Shown: positions 37,510 to 48,359, counted from the stretch's first letter. The stretch is 62,757 bases of DNA from Verrucomicrobiota bacterium (GCA_045046875.1 JASFYY010000011.1:1-62757); one strand, 5' to 3'. Notes: generated by a model from the letters alone, not told the origin. Numbers and translations: made by a program.

Positions 37510-40428
37510 TCAAGGAGTGTAGAGCTCAGGTTTCAGTAGAGCTTTTAAATTACCTTCTTGCTCGTTGGAATACAGGTTTCTATCTCCCGTATTCCCCAGC
37601 CACAAGCCCTTTTTCTGTTCGGCTAGCGGAACCTGGCAATCGTGAAAGCTGTTATCACGAAGCACAAATCGCGCTGAACGCCCCAGAGGATCACTTTGCA
37701 ATAACAGGACTATAGAGTCATTTTTATCAAAACCGGAAAACTGATTGCTCTCCACTGACACGGCTCCCCGCAAAGCCACTGCGATCTTGGTGTCACGGTC
37801 ATCCCCGCGGCTGAGTTGATTGTTGGAAAAGCTCGTTGTTGGTCCGCCAAACACATTCAGCTTAACCAACTGGGAACAGTCGCTCAATACATTGTGATGG
37901 ATATTCCATGAAAAACCCTGTGGAGAATATAAAGCAAACCGGGCATTCACTTTCAGCTCACTGTCCTGCTGCAAACGGAACAGTCCGGCATCGGCATCGA
38001 AGCTCTTGATCACGGCCCCTTTAACAAATAACTCCGGTGTTTCAGCAGAGACCCAAGCCAAACGATATGCCTGGTAGCGGTAAGCTCCACGACGCGGCCA
38101 GGGCAAACGCCCTTTGGCTTTGAAGCTTTTTGCATCGATCACTGCGGCAATGCTGCCGGTAGCTTTCAAGCCGGATAATCCAAGTTCGAGACCACGAATG
38201 ATATTGTCGTGCACCACGACATTGCGGGCAGGTTCGATCAAGACAATCCCCTCAGCCTCCGCGCCACTGTCATTGCGCAGGTAAATCTGATTATCGCTGA
38301 CGATCGCATCATCCGCCGACACTTTGATGCCAAAGCGTGGCAAAGCTTCACCCCGCACACAGCTCAGATCGATAGCATTGCCACTGATGATTGTATTAGC
38401 CGCAGGCAGGTTGCGTTCATTGCTGTAACCGCTCGCTTCGATCGCCGAGGAGTTAAAATTCACAAACAGATTGTTAGTGATAATCACCGGGGTGGATCCT
38501 GCTGATGACCTGATCGCCGCGCCGCCATAACTGGCGCGTTCTTCAAAAGTATTGTGAGCGACGATGTGCTGACCCGATGGAAGAATGTCAAAGGCCTGAT
38601 CACGCGAGCGGATATTACCCATTGCCACGGTTCCCGCATTACGAACATAGTTGCCGATAAACTTCACAAAACGTGAGGCACCTTCCCAGGCGCAACCTCC
38701 CACATCCTGAATCCGACAATACAAAACCGAGGTGTTTTCAGCAAAATCATTATTGTTAAAGGCGTTCCTCGCACAATCCGTGACGGTGCAATGTCGGTAA
38801 ACAATGGACTTGGTATATCGAGGCGGGTCGTCATTGCCTTTGCGACTTGAGCTGCCAGAATAAAAACACTCCGCCGACATGCCTGAAGCATGGCAGTTCT
38901 CGATCAAAACACGTTCGGGGCTGCGGATAGCAATGGCGTTGCATTTTTTGATGAAAAATCCCCACATGTGAGGATAACCCTTGGCAGGCAAATATCCCAT
39001 TTGTTTGATTTCTGAAAAACCACTGAAACCAAGAAATCGTAAATTGCGAACCGTCACGGAAGTGCCTCCGATGATAGCAAGGCAAGCCCCTTGCCCTGTG
39101 CCAATATCCAAGACCGTATTTTCCTCATTCTCACCTTCCAGTTGTATCCCGTCTGCTGATTTTAACTGTAAACCTCGACTTAGTCGGTAATGCCCCGATG
39201 GAATAAAAATATTACGTCCTTCTCCTACAGCTCGATCAAAAGCTTTTTGCAAAGCGGTGCTATCACTGTGTTGCACCACACATTTTTTTACTGTTTGCGA
39301 AGGCGATTCAGACAGCGTCAACTTCCCCCCCTCAACCTTGACCTCCGTTGCCAATAATTGATTCTTTCCTAAAAAGGTAACCAGTCTTGGCTGAGTCCAG
39401 AATTCCTTGTTGGCTAGTCTCACCTCAACTCCTCCGCTCAACGGCACCCAGTCACCGGTGACGGTTTGATCCTTTTTCCACGTTTGTCCCAGATCGTCGC
39501 TCCAGCGAAAAGTCGCCGGACGGGTCCCGCTGAAATCCAGCAAATACCCCGTTCGTGCTCCAAGTGTGCCATCATAACCACGCACTTCGACCTGTTGCTC
39601 AAAATCATCCGACCTTTTCCCTTTTTTTTCGTCCCATATGTATCCTTCGGTCACATGAGGATGGCAGTTGAATACCATCACCTCCTGCCCCGGGACAAAG
39701 TCACCCGCATCCGCTACCGTGATCACCGGAGAACCGGCCCGGGTATCTGCCAGAGTTTCATACTCTGAACCGCTGGCTCCAAAATCCCGCACATTGACAC
39801 TTTCACTGGAACGCTCAAATGCGTCCACTTTCACTTCATCCAGATCAGCTTGAGCACCCTCTGGCACCACCAGAGCCAAGGTCACCCGGGCTATATTTCT
39901 AGGCAGTTGATAAATTCCAGTCAGTTTTTTCCATGTATTGTTATCTGTTTTCAAGGCTTCGCCTCTGGCAAAAGCACGCTCGGCGATCAACTTGCCGTTT
40001 TCATCGTATTCGTACATGCGCAGCTCAACCGGTCCACCACGATAGGAGACTGATAGCTGGTAAGGCAAACTGCGGCGTAAATAGGGAGTTGCCTGAGTCA
40101 GATGAGCAGCCCTTTCTGGTCGAGCCGCCAACTTCAGGAAATAGCGCCCTTCAGCAGCTTCCATTTCTACCATTTCCAGATCACCGGGATAAGCCGAAGA
40201 CAGATTCCATAGCGCGGGCTTTTTCCCGTTCACTAAAAACCAGGTTTGGGTTTTGGCTTTTTGAAGGTTTTTGTTTTCCTCCCACTTCTCAAAACCCGGG
40301 TTCTGTGCTTGATCTACAGGTGCTGCTTCTAGACTCAAAACAACGAGGTGAACCCAGATAAGGATGAGCCAGTTGTTAAAGCCAGCTGATTTCCATGCAC
40401 GGTTCAGAAACGGGGAATTTCTTTTCAT
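37510..40428 (-). CDS. Large secreted right-handed beta-helix (pectin lyase-like) protein with N-terminal CBM-like domain
   Basis: NPGFE N-domain, VNVRDFGASG, DSTALQKAFD...IFIPSGHYR, and repeated IxxN beta-helix rungs. Confidence 0.8.
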   Translation of the reverse strand: MKRNSPFLNRAWKSAGFNNWLILIWVHLVVLSLEAAPVDQAQNPGFEKWEENKNLQKAKTQTWFLVNGKKPALWNLSSAYPGDLEMVEMEAAEGRYFLKLAARPERAAHLTQATPYLRRSLPYQLSVSYRGGPVELRMYEYDENGKLIAERAFARGEALKTDNNTWKKLTGIYQLPRNIARVTLALVVPEGAQADLDEVKVDAFERSSESVNVRDFGASGSEYETLADTRAGSPVITVADAGDFVPGQEVMVFNCHPHVTEGYIWDEKKGKRSDDFEQQVEVRGYDGTLGARTGYLLDFSGTRPATFRWSDDLGQTWKKDQTVTGDWVPLSGGVEVRLANKEFWTQPRLVTFLGKNQLLATEVKVEGGKLTLSESPSQTVKKCVVQHSDSTALQKAFDRAVGEGRNIFIPSGHYRLSRGLQLKSADGIQLEGENEENTVLDIGTGQGACLAIIGGTSVTVRNLRFLGFSGFSEIKQMGYLPAKGYPHMWGFFIKKCNAIAIRSPERVLIENCHASGMSAECFYSGSSSRKGNDDPPRYTKSIVYRHCTVTDCARNAFNNNDFAENTSVLYCRIQDVGGCAWEGASRFVKFIGNYVRNAGTVAMGNIRSRDQAFDILPSGQHIVAHNTFEERASYGGAAIRSSAGSTPVIITNNLFVNFNSSAIEASGYSNERNLPAANTIISGNAIDLSCVRGEALPRFGIKVSADDAIVSDNQIYLRNDSGAEAEGIVLIEPARNVVVHDNIIRGLELGLSGLKATGSIAAVIDAKSFKAKGRLPWPRRGAYRYQAYRLAWVSAETPELFVKGAVIKSFDADAGLFRLQQDSELKVNARFALYSPQGFSWNIHHNVLSDCSQLVKLNVFGGPTTSFSNNQLSRGDDRDTKIAVALRGAVSVESNQFSGFDKNDSIVLLLQSDPLGRSARFVLRDNSFHDCQVPLAEQKKGLWLGNTGDRNLYSNEQEGNLKALLKPELYTP

Positions 40429-40533
40429 TCCATGACTAAGCCTTGATCACAGCTTCCGTCAAGCTTCACCGCTTTTGGATACAGGGTGAAGTGGTTGCGA
40501 TTGTCTGCGCTGCAGTTGTCGTGCTTGTTTGAG

Positions 40534-42159
40534 CTATTTTTTTGCCGACCCCGAGCTGGTGTCTTTACGAAATTTCAGCTTTTTGAGTTCTTTGCCTGCG
40601 GGAGCGAGGTTTTTTTTGTTCAGCCTCTCTTGGTCTTTTGCGATGCGGAACCATTCTTTTGCCATGGCGGCCACGCGCTCGGGTTGTTGGGCGGCCAGGT
40701 CGTTGAGTTCGCTGCGGTCTTCGTCGATGTTATAGAGTTCCCAGCGTCCGCGTTTGGCAGAGACGATTTTCCACGGTCCCTGGCGCAGGGCGCGATCAGT
40801 GCTGAAGTGGAAGTAGAGCGATTCATGTGGGCTGCGGGTTTCACCTTTGAAAATCGGTAACAAGGATTTTCCCTGCAGGGGATCGATCTGGCGGTCACCG
40901 ATTTGTTTGGGGTAGCCGGCGCCGGCGAGATCGATGAAGGTGGCCATGAAATCAACCAAATGCGCGGGTTGAGTGGTGAAGGATCCCGCTTGGGTTTTTA
41001 ATCCATCAGGCCAATGCACGATGAGCGGTGAGGAGATGCCCCCTTCATGTTGGTTTTGTTTGTAGAGTCGGAAAGGCGTATTGCCGACATTGGCCCAAGC
41101 GGCATCATAGGTCCAATAGGAGTTGGGATCCCAGGGTTTGAGGTAGCGCCCACGGGTGCGTTCGAAGGGGCAGGCTCCATTGTCGGAGCAGAAGAGGAAG
41201 AGGGTATTGTCGAAAAGCCCATTCTTTTTCAGGTAATCAACCAGGCGGCCGATATTTTGATCCAGTACATCGACCATGGCGGCAAAAACCTCCATCCGGT
41301 CAGCTTCCCATTGTTGTTCTTTTTTGCTCAAACTGTCCCAGGTGGGGATGTGCTCCGGACGTGGGCTGAGTTTGTATTTGGCGGGTAATAGGCCGGATTT
41401 CAATTGGCGTTGGTGCCTTTCGATACGCAATTGATCCCAGCCGGCGTCGTAAACGCCGTCATATTTTTCGACCTCGTTTTGCGGAGCTTGCAACGGGTAA
41501 TGAGGCGCGTTGTAGGCGGTGTAGAGCAGGAAGGGTTGTTTTTTGTTGCGGGCTTCGAGAAAGTCGAGGGCAAAATCGGTGATCGCATGGGTGGTGTAAA
41601 AAGGACGTCCTTTGTGGGTCTTCGGCACTTCCCATTTTTCGCCATTGAGCCTGAAGGTATCGTCTCCGATGAAGAAGTTGGTGGCTCCGGATAGATGTCC
41701 CCAGTAACGCTGGAATCCAAAATCGGTGGGCTGTTGATCGAGGTGCCATTTGCCGGTCATGGCGGTGGAGTAACCTGATTTTGACAAAACTTCGGCGATG
41801 GTGGCGCCGCGGTTTAACTTGGCACCTCCGGCTTGATCGCAATACAGGCCGGTAAGCAACGATACTCGCGAGGAGTGGCATTTGGCCGTGTTGTAAAATT
41901 GGGTGAAACGCAAGCCTTGGCCGGCGATGGCATCCAGATTAGGGGTTTTGATCTCAGAGCCGTAACAACCAAGATCAGAAAAACCGAGGTCGTCGGCCAT
42001 GATCAGGACGATGTTGGGGCGCTTGGATTTTGCCGCAGAGAGAGGTAGCACCCAGGTAAACAGCAGGATGAGCAACAGGGAGCAGGCAAAGTTCTTCCTG
42101 ACGGATGAGGATGTCGGAGTGAGTAGTCGAGCAGGATTCATGAGCAGATTCTGATACAT
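40534..42159 (-). CDS. Arylsulfatase (S1 family)
   Basis: RPNIVLIMADDLG, CHSSR, GKWHL, APHYP, SDNG and ELYNI; start uncertain. Confidence 0.93.
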   Translation of the reverse strand: MYQNLLMNPARLLTPTSSSVRKNFACSLLLILLFTWVLPLSAAKSKRPNIVLIMADDLGFSDLGCYGSEIKTPNLDAIAGQGLRFTQFYNTAKCHSSRVSLLTGLYCDQAGGAKLNRGATIAEVLSKSGYSTAMTGKWHLDQQPTDFGFQRYWGHLSGATNFFIGDDTFRLNGEKWEVPKTHKGRPFYTTHAITDFALDFLEARNKKQPFLLYTAYNAPHYPLQAPQNEVEKYDGVYDAGWDQLRIERHQRQLKSGLLPAKYKLSPRPEHIPTWDSLSKKEQQWEADRMEVFAAMVDVLDQNIGRLVDYLKKNGLFDNTLFLFCSDNGACPFERTRGRYLKPWDPNSYWTYDAAWANVGNTPFRLYKQNQHEGGISSPLIVHWPDGLKTQAGSFTTQPAHLVDFMATFIDLAGAGYPKQIGDRQIDPLQGKSLLPIFKGETRSPHESLYFHFSTDRALRQGPWKIVSAKRGRWELYNIDEDRSELNDLAAQQPERVAAMAKEWFRIAKDQERLNKKNLAPAGKELKKLKFRKDTSSGSAKK

Positions 42160-42279
42160 GGGGCAAGGGAGGTCAATTGGCCTATTTGCGTAGGCCGACT
42201 AGCAGCAAGCACAATATATGCGTATTTTATGGCATTGACTTTAAGCGCTCAAAGCCAAAAAATTATATATTACAAATTT

Positions 42280-43701
42280 ATGAAATCAGGGAAGAAAATT
42301 CATTGGGCTGGAGCATTTTTGATGATTGGGTTTTTGTTGTGTCCTATGGACGTCAGTGCCCACGTGAAGTGGTTCAGTGACTTCAGTTACGCAGACAGCC
42401 CGCTCGAGATCGGCGAAGTGATCACCCCCGTATTTTGGATGATGGCCTTGCTCTCGGTGGTGGTGATTGCTGCTTTGATTTTATTTGAAGAGCAGTTGGG
42501 GAAATATCCCTGGATCCAGCGCTTTGACCAGTGGTTGGCAAGTAAAAAAGATAATGCCATGGGGGTGATGCGAGTGGGGGCCGGGGTCACTTTGGTGTGG
42601 GCGTGGCAGACGGGCAATCTGTTGGCTCCGGAATTAAAATGCGAACATGAGTGGATAGTGTGGTTGCAATTTTTGGCCGCCCTGTTGCTGGCTTTCAGGA
42701 AAACCGTGCCGCTGGCGGGTGTCGGCATCATTGTTCTGTATTTGTTGGCCATCGGGCAATTTGGCTTTTTTCATATGTTGGACTATCTGCTCTTTCCCGG
42801 GGTGGGTTATTATTTTATTGCGGGAAATGCAAAAGGCGCGGTGCTGCGGCGGACGGCTTTGCCTGCGCTTTATGCAACGGTTGGGTTTTGTTTGATTTGG
42901 CTGGGGATTGAAAAATTGATTTACCCTTCGTGGGCCAAATTGTTGCTCGATGAGCACCCGGTGTTGGCTCTGGGTTTGAATCACGATTTTTTTGTGGTGG
43001 CGGCGGCGTTCATTGAAATCAGTCTGGGTTTCATGATCATGGTGTGCCTGCAGCAGCGATTGCTGGCGGTTACGATCTCGCTGGTATTTGTGCTCACTAC
43101 CCTGGTTTTTGGTCGGGCGGAAGTGGTGGGGCATACCTTGATCCATGCGGTTTTGATTGTGTTTTTGATCGCCGGTGCAGGCAGGGCGATACCTCCTTTG
43201 CACTGGATACCTAGTGTGAAATGGAGAGTTCCGGCAGCGGTGTTGGCTTTTGCTGTTATCCTTAGCACCTTTATGTTCCCGTATTATTTTGGCGCACGGT
43301 TGAGTAATCTGGAAGCCAATTTCAAGGTGAATAAAGCGCACCAAAGGAAGTTGATCGAGATCGATGATTTGTCACAGGCTCCGGGTTTGGCGATGGCCAT
43401 CCATAAAGATCCGGTAGCGGGTTGGAATTTGGAATTGACCACTGAAAACTTTAAATTTGCTCCCCAGGCGGCAGGTTTTGATCCGGTTGATGGAGAGGGG
43501 CATGCTCATCTTTATATCGACGGGCGCAAGGTGGCTCGTTTGTATGGTTTGTGGTACCACATTCCAAGGTTGGACCCTGGCAAACATGAGGTGGTGGTCA
43601 CTTTAAATGCAAACAATCACTCGGGTTTGTCTGTGAATGGCAAGGAAGTCACGGAACGGGCGGAGATCGAAGTGGTGCCGCTGGCGGCAAGCGTGAGATG
43701 A
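42280..43701 (+). CDS. DoxX-like membrane protein fused to a His-rich C-terminal soluble domain
   Basis: SAHVKWF after the signal peptide, multiple TMs with GIEK and EVVGH, C-terminal GEGHAHLYIDG...LNANNH. Confidence 0.7.
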   Translation: MKSGKKIHWAGAFLMIGFLLCPMDVSAHVKWFSDFSYADSPLEIGEVITPVFWMMALLSVVVIAALILFEEQLGKYPWIQRFDQWLASKKDNAMGVMRVGAGVTLVWAWQTGNLLAPELKCEHEWIVWLQFLAALLLAFRKTVPLAGVGIIVLYLLAIGQFGFFHMLDYLLFPGVGYYFIAGNAKGAVLRRTALPALYATVGFCLIWLGIEKLIYPSWAKLLLDEHPVLALGLNHDFFVVAAAFIEISLGFMIMVCLQQRLLAVTISLVFVLTTLVFGRAEVVGHTLIHAVLIVFLIAGAGRAIPPLHWIPSVKWRVPAAVLAFAVILSTFMFPYYFGARLSNLEANFKVNKAHQRKLIEIDDLSQAPGLAMAIHKDPVAGWNLELTTENFKFAPQAAGFDPVDGEGHAHLYIDGRKVARLYGLWYHIPRLDPGKHEVVVTLNANNHSGLSVNGKEVTERAEIEVVPLAASVR

Positions 43702-43754
43702 ATGACCTTGAAGCCGAGGTTGACGAAGAATGATGCTTGGCGCTTGTTGTCAAG

Positions 43755-45026
43755 ATGTCCGGGCAAGAATTGAACCAGTTAGAACAAGATTTGGCTCAGT
43801 GGCCCTTGGACTGGCAGCGGCGTTTGGATCTGGTTCAAGCTTATGTGGGGCTTGGCCGCTTGCGGGACGCCAAGATTTTACTCAGGGATTCGCCGGATGA
43901 GGCGGGGGCGGCTCCGCCGGTTATTCAACAGCATTTGCACCGCTTGATGACGCACGGGGCTGGTGAGGTGGAGGGAACGGGTGAGACGGCTACGACGGGT
44001 GAAAAGGAGGATCCGGCGGGGAGGCCGTCGCTGGAGCCGCAGGGGCAGGGGCATCTGTCGACCCACGCGGCGGTAGCGCCACAAACTTTGCCGGTAAAAT
44101 CGTTATCCAACGAAGCGGATAACAACGGCCTGGTGATGGAGCACATCGAGGGCTCGGTTTCACAAGCTCGTGCAGCGGATGCCGGGCGCAAGGTGTCAGC
44201 TTTGACCGTGGCTCTTTTGATCCATATTCTATTAATATTTTTGCTGACCGCCATCGCGATGAAGGTGCCAGCTCAGCAGCCTCCCCAGATTGTAGTGGTG
44301 AGCATGAGTGAGGATAAGGTTCAAGGGGTGCAGGCGAAACGAATCGAAAAAAAGAGCAAAAGCAAAGCTGCGGCGGCACTGGTCAGCACGACACTTGCGA
44401 TATCCTCTTCGGCTTTGTCTCCGGTGGTCATGCCGGAGTTCGAATTATCGGGAACTGATTATTTACCCGGAGCGAGTTTGGCTTTGGGTACGGATTTGGG
44501 TTTTGGTGATGGTGTGGGTGGAGGTGGCAGTGGAGATGAAGGACGGGGCGGGAATATTGGTGGGATGAAAATAAAAGCTCGGCGGCTGGGAGTGGTGCTT
44601 GATGTTTCGGGAAGCATGGATCGGCAAATCCGGGCAGTGCGCCAGGAGATCCGTAAAAATTTCTCGAATGCCAGTATTGTTGAAGTGGTGGGTTGTTCAC
44701 TTGACTGGTTGAAGGACGACCCTCGTTTTGATTTGAAACAAGCGAGGGGGATGCGCTTGGTGAAAAACGCTGACTCGGTGGTCGAAGCGGTCGAGGTATT
44801 GATTGCAGGTGGCAAGGTGGATGCGATTTTCTGGTTCTCAGATTTGATGGATTCACAGAGCCCGTCCGGGTTGAAGCGTCTTTCGCATTTGCTGGGAACC
44901 CAGTTTGCCAGCGAGCGGCGGCCGGTGAAATTTTACGTGCAAAGTGTGGGGGGAAAGCCGAGCACGGCTCTGGCGGGCATCGCCAAGCGCAGTGGCGGAG
45001 CGGTTAAGGTCGAAAGTTTCGAGTGA
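43755..45026 (+). CDS. Membrane-anchored vWA-like domain protein
   Basis: One TM, Gly-rich linker, VVLDVSGSM MIDAS motif, FWFSD. Confidence 0.75.
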   Translation: MSGQELNQLEQDLAQWPLDWQRRLDLVQAYVGLGRLRDAKILLRDSPDEAGAAPPVIQQHLHRLMTHGAGEVEGTGETATTGEKEDPAGRPSLEPQGQGHLSTHAAVAPQTLPVKSLSNEADNNGLVMEHIEGSVSQARAADAGRKVSALTVALLIHILLIFLLTAIAMKVPAQQPPQIVVVSMSEDKVQGVQAKRIEKKSKSKAAAALVSTTLAISSSALSPVVMPEFELSGTDYLPGASLALGTDLGFGDGVGGGGSGDEGRGGNIGGMKIKARRLGVVLDVSGSMDRQIRAVRQEIRKNFSNASIVEVVGCSLDWLKDDPRFDLKQARGMRLVKNADSVVEAVEVLIAGGKVDAIFWFSDLMDSQSPSGLKRLSHLLGTQFASERRPVKFYVQSVGGKPSTALAGIAKRSGGAVKVESFE

Positions 45027-45117
45027 TAGGTGCTTATCAAATTTTGGTAAAATTCGATCGGTTGCCAGTAAAAACCTTGCGTCGGGCAGGAACTGCGACA
45101 CAAGTATGTTTATTATT

Positions 45118-45594
45118 ATGAAAGTAGGAATCATTACAGTTTCGGATCGCGCATCGGCAGGGGAATATGAAGACGAGGGCGGGCCAGCCTTGAAAGCGGC
45201 TTGTGCCGAGCGTGGCTGGGAAGTGGTGGCGGAGGCGGTGATTCCCGATGATTTGGAACGCATTCAGACGAGCATTCGTTCGTTCAGTGCACAGGGCTGT
45301 GGTTTGATTTTGACCACCGGTGGAACCGGGATTACTGAGCGCGATGTGACGCCGGAGGCGATTCGAGGTATCATGCGGGTGGAGATTCCGGGTTTTGGCG
45401 AAGCGATGCGGATGCAATCGTTGGCGATCACTCCCAATGCGATTTTGTCACGCAATCTGGCCGCAGTGGTGGATAAATCACTGGTGGTTGCCTTGCCCGG
45501 TAAACCGACGGGTGCGGTGGAGTGTCTGAGTTTTGTCGAAGGGGCGATTGATCACACCGTGAAGTTGTGCATGAACAAACCTACTTCGTGTTAG
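45118..45594 (+). CDS. mog: Molybdopterin adenylyltransferase (MogA/MoaB)
   Basis: Motifs ITVSDRAS..DEGGP, TTGGTG...DVTPEA and LPGKP. Confidence 0.92.
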   Translation: MKVGIITVSDRASAGEYEDEGGPALKAACAERGWEVVAEAVIPDDLERIQTSIRSFSAQGCGLILTTGGTGITERDVTPEAIRGIMRVEIPGFGEAMRMQSLAITPNAILSRNLAAVVDKSLVVALPGKPTGAVECLSFVEGAIDHTVKLCMNKPTSC

Positions 45595-45652
45595 GGGAAG
45601 AATTTGGAACCACGAAAGGAAAAGAGGGGGATGAAATTGGTTGGCTTATTCT

Positions 45653-46744
45653 TTACTTGCCCGATTGGGTTTCTTTGGCAGAGGTTTTTAGGTCGGCGAC
45701 TTTTTTGATGTCCCAGATGGCGTTTTGTCCTTTGCGTTGATTGGCGAGCCAGTTGAGCGCGGCGAGGTGGATGATTTCGTGGCCGCCTTGGAAGAGGGTG
45801 ATGCGGGTATTGCCGGAAGTCTTGCGGTACACGGGAGGGCGGGTGCCGTAGAGGGGATCGTTTAGCGGCAAGGATTGTGGTAAGGGAGTGGCCTTGCCCG
45901 TCGTCCAGGCTGCGAGGATGTTTTCATCGGTAATGCGGTCGGCGGATGGGGTGGGCAGGACTTGGTTGAAGGCGTGCAGCGAATGGGAAAAGGGAACCGA
46001 ACCGCTGCGGCCATCGGTGATGCCGTGGTTGATGTCGAGGTTGACCTTTTGCGCCCGGTCGAGCCAGTGCAGTGGGGAGCGGTGGTCGGCTTGTTTTTTG
46101 ATTTTAGTATCCGAGTTGGGATCGCCGCCCAGTGATTTTTCTATATGTTTCCAGTATCCTCGTTTGGCCTGTTTGGTTTCGTTATGCCATTGGGCGATGT
46201 CGGAAATGCCGCACCAGGCAGAGACGCCTGCCCAGATGTCAGGCGCCCGCCCCGCCATCAGCAGCGAGGCATGGCCTCCTCCGGATACTCCGATGAGGTA
46301 GATGCGGTTTTCATCAATCGCGGCATTTTTTTTGGCGTATTCGACCGCGCTGATGATATCGGCGACAGCCAGGTCTGAGCCCATCGCTTCGGGTGTCCAG
46401 TTGGGGCCGCGAAAATTGGGGTGAATGAAGGACCAGCCTTGATCGATGCACCAACGGGCATAGGTTTTTCCTCCGCCTTGTGAGTAGTCGCCCGACCAGG
46501 TGTGCAGCGCCACCAGCAGTGGGCGTTTTTGTTTTGGATCCTTTGATGCCTGGAAAAAAAGGGCGGGTTGTTGGCTTTGATCAGCAGAGCTGGGGTAGGT
46601 GATTTTTTGAACTTGAGGAGGGAAACCTTTCACGGGAGGATTTTGGCTGAGGAGATTCAAAGGAGAGGTGATCAGTGTTATCACAAAAAACACAACAGCG
46701 GAACTCGCGCCTTGGCGAAGAAGGAGAGAGGGGGATTCTTTCAT
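45653..46744 (-). CDS. Alpha/beta hydrolase (S9-like)
   Basis: LVALHTWS, GVSGGG nucleophile elbow, GGHE. Confidence 0.85.
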   Translation of the reverse strand: MKESPSLLLRQGASSAVVFFVITLITSPLNLLSQNPPVKGFPPQVQKITYPSSADQSQQPALFFQASKDPKQKRPLLVALHTWSGDYSQGGGKTYARWCIDQGWSFIHPNFRGPNWTPEAMGSDLAVADIISAVEYAKKNAAIDENRIYLIGVSGGGHASLLMAGRAPDIWAGVSAWCGISDIAQWHNETKQAKRGYWKHIEKSLGGDPNSDTKIKKQADHRSPLHWLDRAQKVNLDINHGITDGRSGSVPFSHSLHAFNQVLPTPSADRITDENILAAWTTGKATPLPQSLPLNDPLYGTRPPVYRKTSGNTRITLFQGGHEIIHLAALNWLANQRKGQNAIWDIKKVADLKTSAKETQSGK

Positions 46745-46757
46745 GAGGGAGGCCGTT

Positions 46758-47807
46758 TTAAAAGGTATCGCTGAGCAGTTGGATATAGAGCAGACCACTG
46801 TTGGTGAGTTTCGCTTTGGAACCAATGCCGCTCAGTCGGGAAAGGGTGTTGTAGGAGTGGCTGACTGGTGAGTCTTTGACCCAGGTAAGGGTGTTGCGAG
46901 TGATTTTTTTCGGGTAGGGGCGGACCTCCATCGGCAGGCCGGAGCTGCTCAGGGTGATCTCCCAGGCAGGTGGGAACTTGCCTGGTTCGCGGCCACGTTC
47001 CAGCCAGGGGTAACGTTTGCTGATGGGCAGGGATTGAAGGTGTTTGGCGGGAACCGCGACTTTATAATAAGCGCCGGCCATGCGGATAAATTCGGGCAGA
47101 GTTAACTGCGGGTTACCCTTGTGACTATGAAATAAACCGGCAATGTCCATGCCGGAAAAATTGAGTCCACTGTGGATGTTATGGTGATTTGGCGAGCGGA
47201 AGTATTTTTTATACCAAGTCTCAAAACGTTCGCTGAGCATCATGGCAAACTCGAGATGGACGTGGGAACGTTCGCGATTAATGCCGGCCCCGGTATAACC
47301 CAGCTGGCCTAGAACCGTGCCACCTTTGACCCGGTCTCCAGAGTTTACCGCGACGCTGCGCAGGTGGGCGTAAAGTGAATAAAAAGGGCCGTCCCCCCAG
47401 TCGTGTCTGACTACTACGTAGTTGCCGTAGTTGGAACGTCCACTGACTTTATTGGCGTAAGCGACCACGCCGTCGGTCAGTGAGCGCACTTCGTCGAGCG
47501 GTTGATTATTTTTGTCCCGGAGGATCGGGCGGATATCAATGCCTTCGTGGAATTTGGTAAAAATGATGCCATGGTCGGTGCGCCGTTGGTTGCGGACGAA
47601 GCCGTAGCGGCCTGCCGTCCACGGATGGGAGCTGACTCCTTCGAAACTACGGTAGGTGTACATGTAGAATTTGGAGGGGTCACGGGAGAATATAGCGGTA
47701 TTGGCAGTGGGCAGCCCCAGTTTGAAGAGATGTTGTTTTTCTCCGAGCTGGGCATTGGCCACAGGACAAACGCAGCAGAGGACTAGTAACCAACAGGTGA
47801 ATTTCAT
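46758..47807 (-). CDS. M23 family metallopeptidase
   Basis: Motifs FHEGIDI, YAHL and HVHLE. Confidence 0.92.
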   Translation of the reverse strand: MKFTCWLLVLCCVCPVANAQLGEKQHLFKLGLPTANTAIFSRDPSKFYMYTYRSFEGVSSHPWTAGRYGFVRNQRRTDHGIIFTKFHEGIDIRPILRDKNNQPLDEVRSLTDGVVAYANKVSGRSNYGNYVVVRHDWGDGPFYSLYAHLRSVAVNSGDRVKGGTVLGQLGYTGAGINRERSHVHLEFAMMLSERFETWYKKYFRSPNHHNIHSGLNFSGMDIAGLFHSHKGNPQLTLPEFIRMAGAYYKVAVPAKHLQSLPISKRYPWLERGREPGKFPPAWEITLSSSGLPMEVRPYPKKITRNTLTWVKDSPVSHSYNTLSRLSGIGSKAKLTNSGLLYIQLLSDTF

Positions 47808-47864
47808 CTTGAGCGAAGGAGGCAAGGGCGGCTGGAATTTTATCACTGTCAACTAACTTTAATA

Positions 47865-48359
47865 CTAGCGGACGGGTCCGCCGGGGCGAATGACTTTTTC
47901 TGCATGTGGGATGACTTTGTCCAGGGTTTTGATGTGTTCCTGAGTCAGGCCTTCCCAGATGGTGATCACTCCAGGGGTGTCGGGGCGGTCTATCATCACA
48001 GCCGAGTAGTGGGTGGGGGCGACACGGATACCAAGTAGTTTGCCTTGGTGGTTGAGCGCGATGCCTTTGAGCTCCTCGGCGGCCCGAGCCTTGAGTTTGA
48101 AGCCCACTCCAAAAGTGGTGCCGTTTTTGGACATGAAAGGGTAGTAGTAGGCGATGTCTTTTTCGGTGAATACGGGAGCCCGGGTGAAGAAATATTGCCG
48201 CCCCTGACTGCCGAGTTTGACCGGAATGGCAAATTTAACTCCGTCCTCCTGCGCTGCTTCGATGTGGAAGGATAGGACGATGGGTTTTGCTTTTTTTCCG
48301 GCTCCAATGCTCAAGAGGGCGGGAACCAGGACTAGAATGATGATGAACCAGCGATGCAT
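47865..48359 (-). CDS. Secreted hypothetical protein (possibly SecDF P1-head-like)
   Basis: Signal-like N-terminus; domain guess is weak and the start is uncertain. Confidence 0.6.
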   Translation of the reverse strand: MHRWFIIILVLVPALLSIGAGKKAKPIVLSFHIEAAQEDGVKFAIPVKLGSQGRQYFFTRAPVFTEKDIAYYYPFMSKNGTTFGVGFKLKARAAEELKGIALNHQGKLLGIRVAPTHYSAVMIDRPDTPGVITIWEGLTQEHIKTLDKVIPHAEKVIRPGGPVR

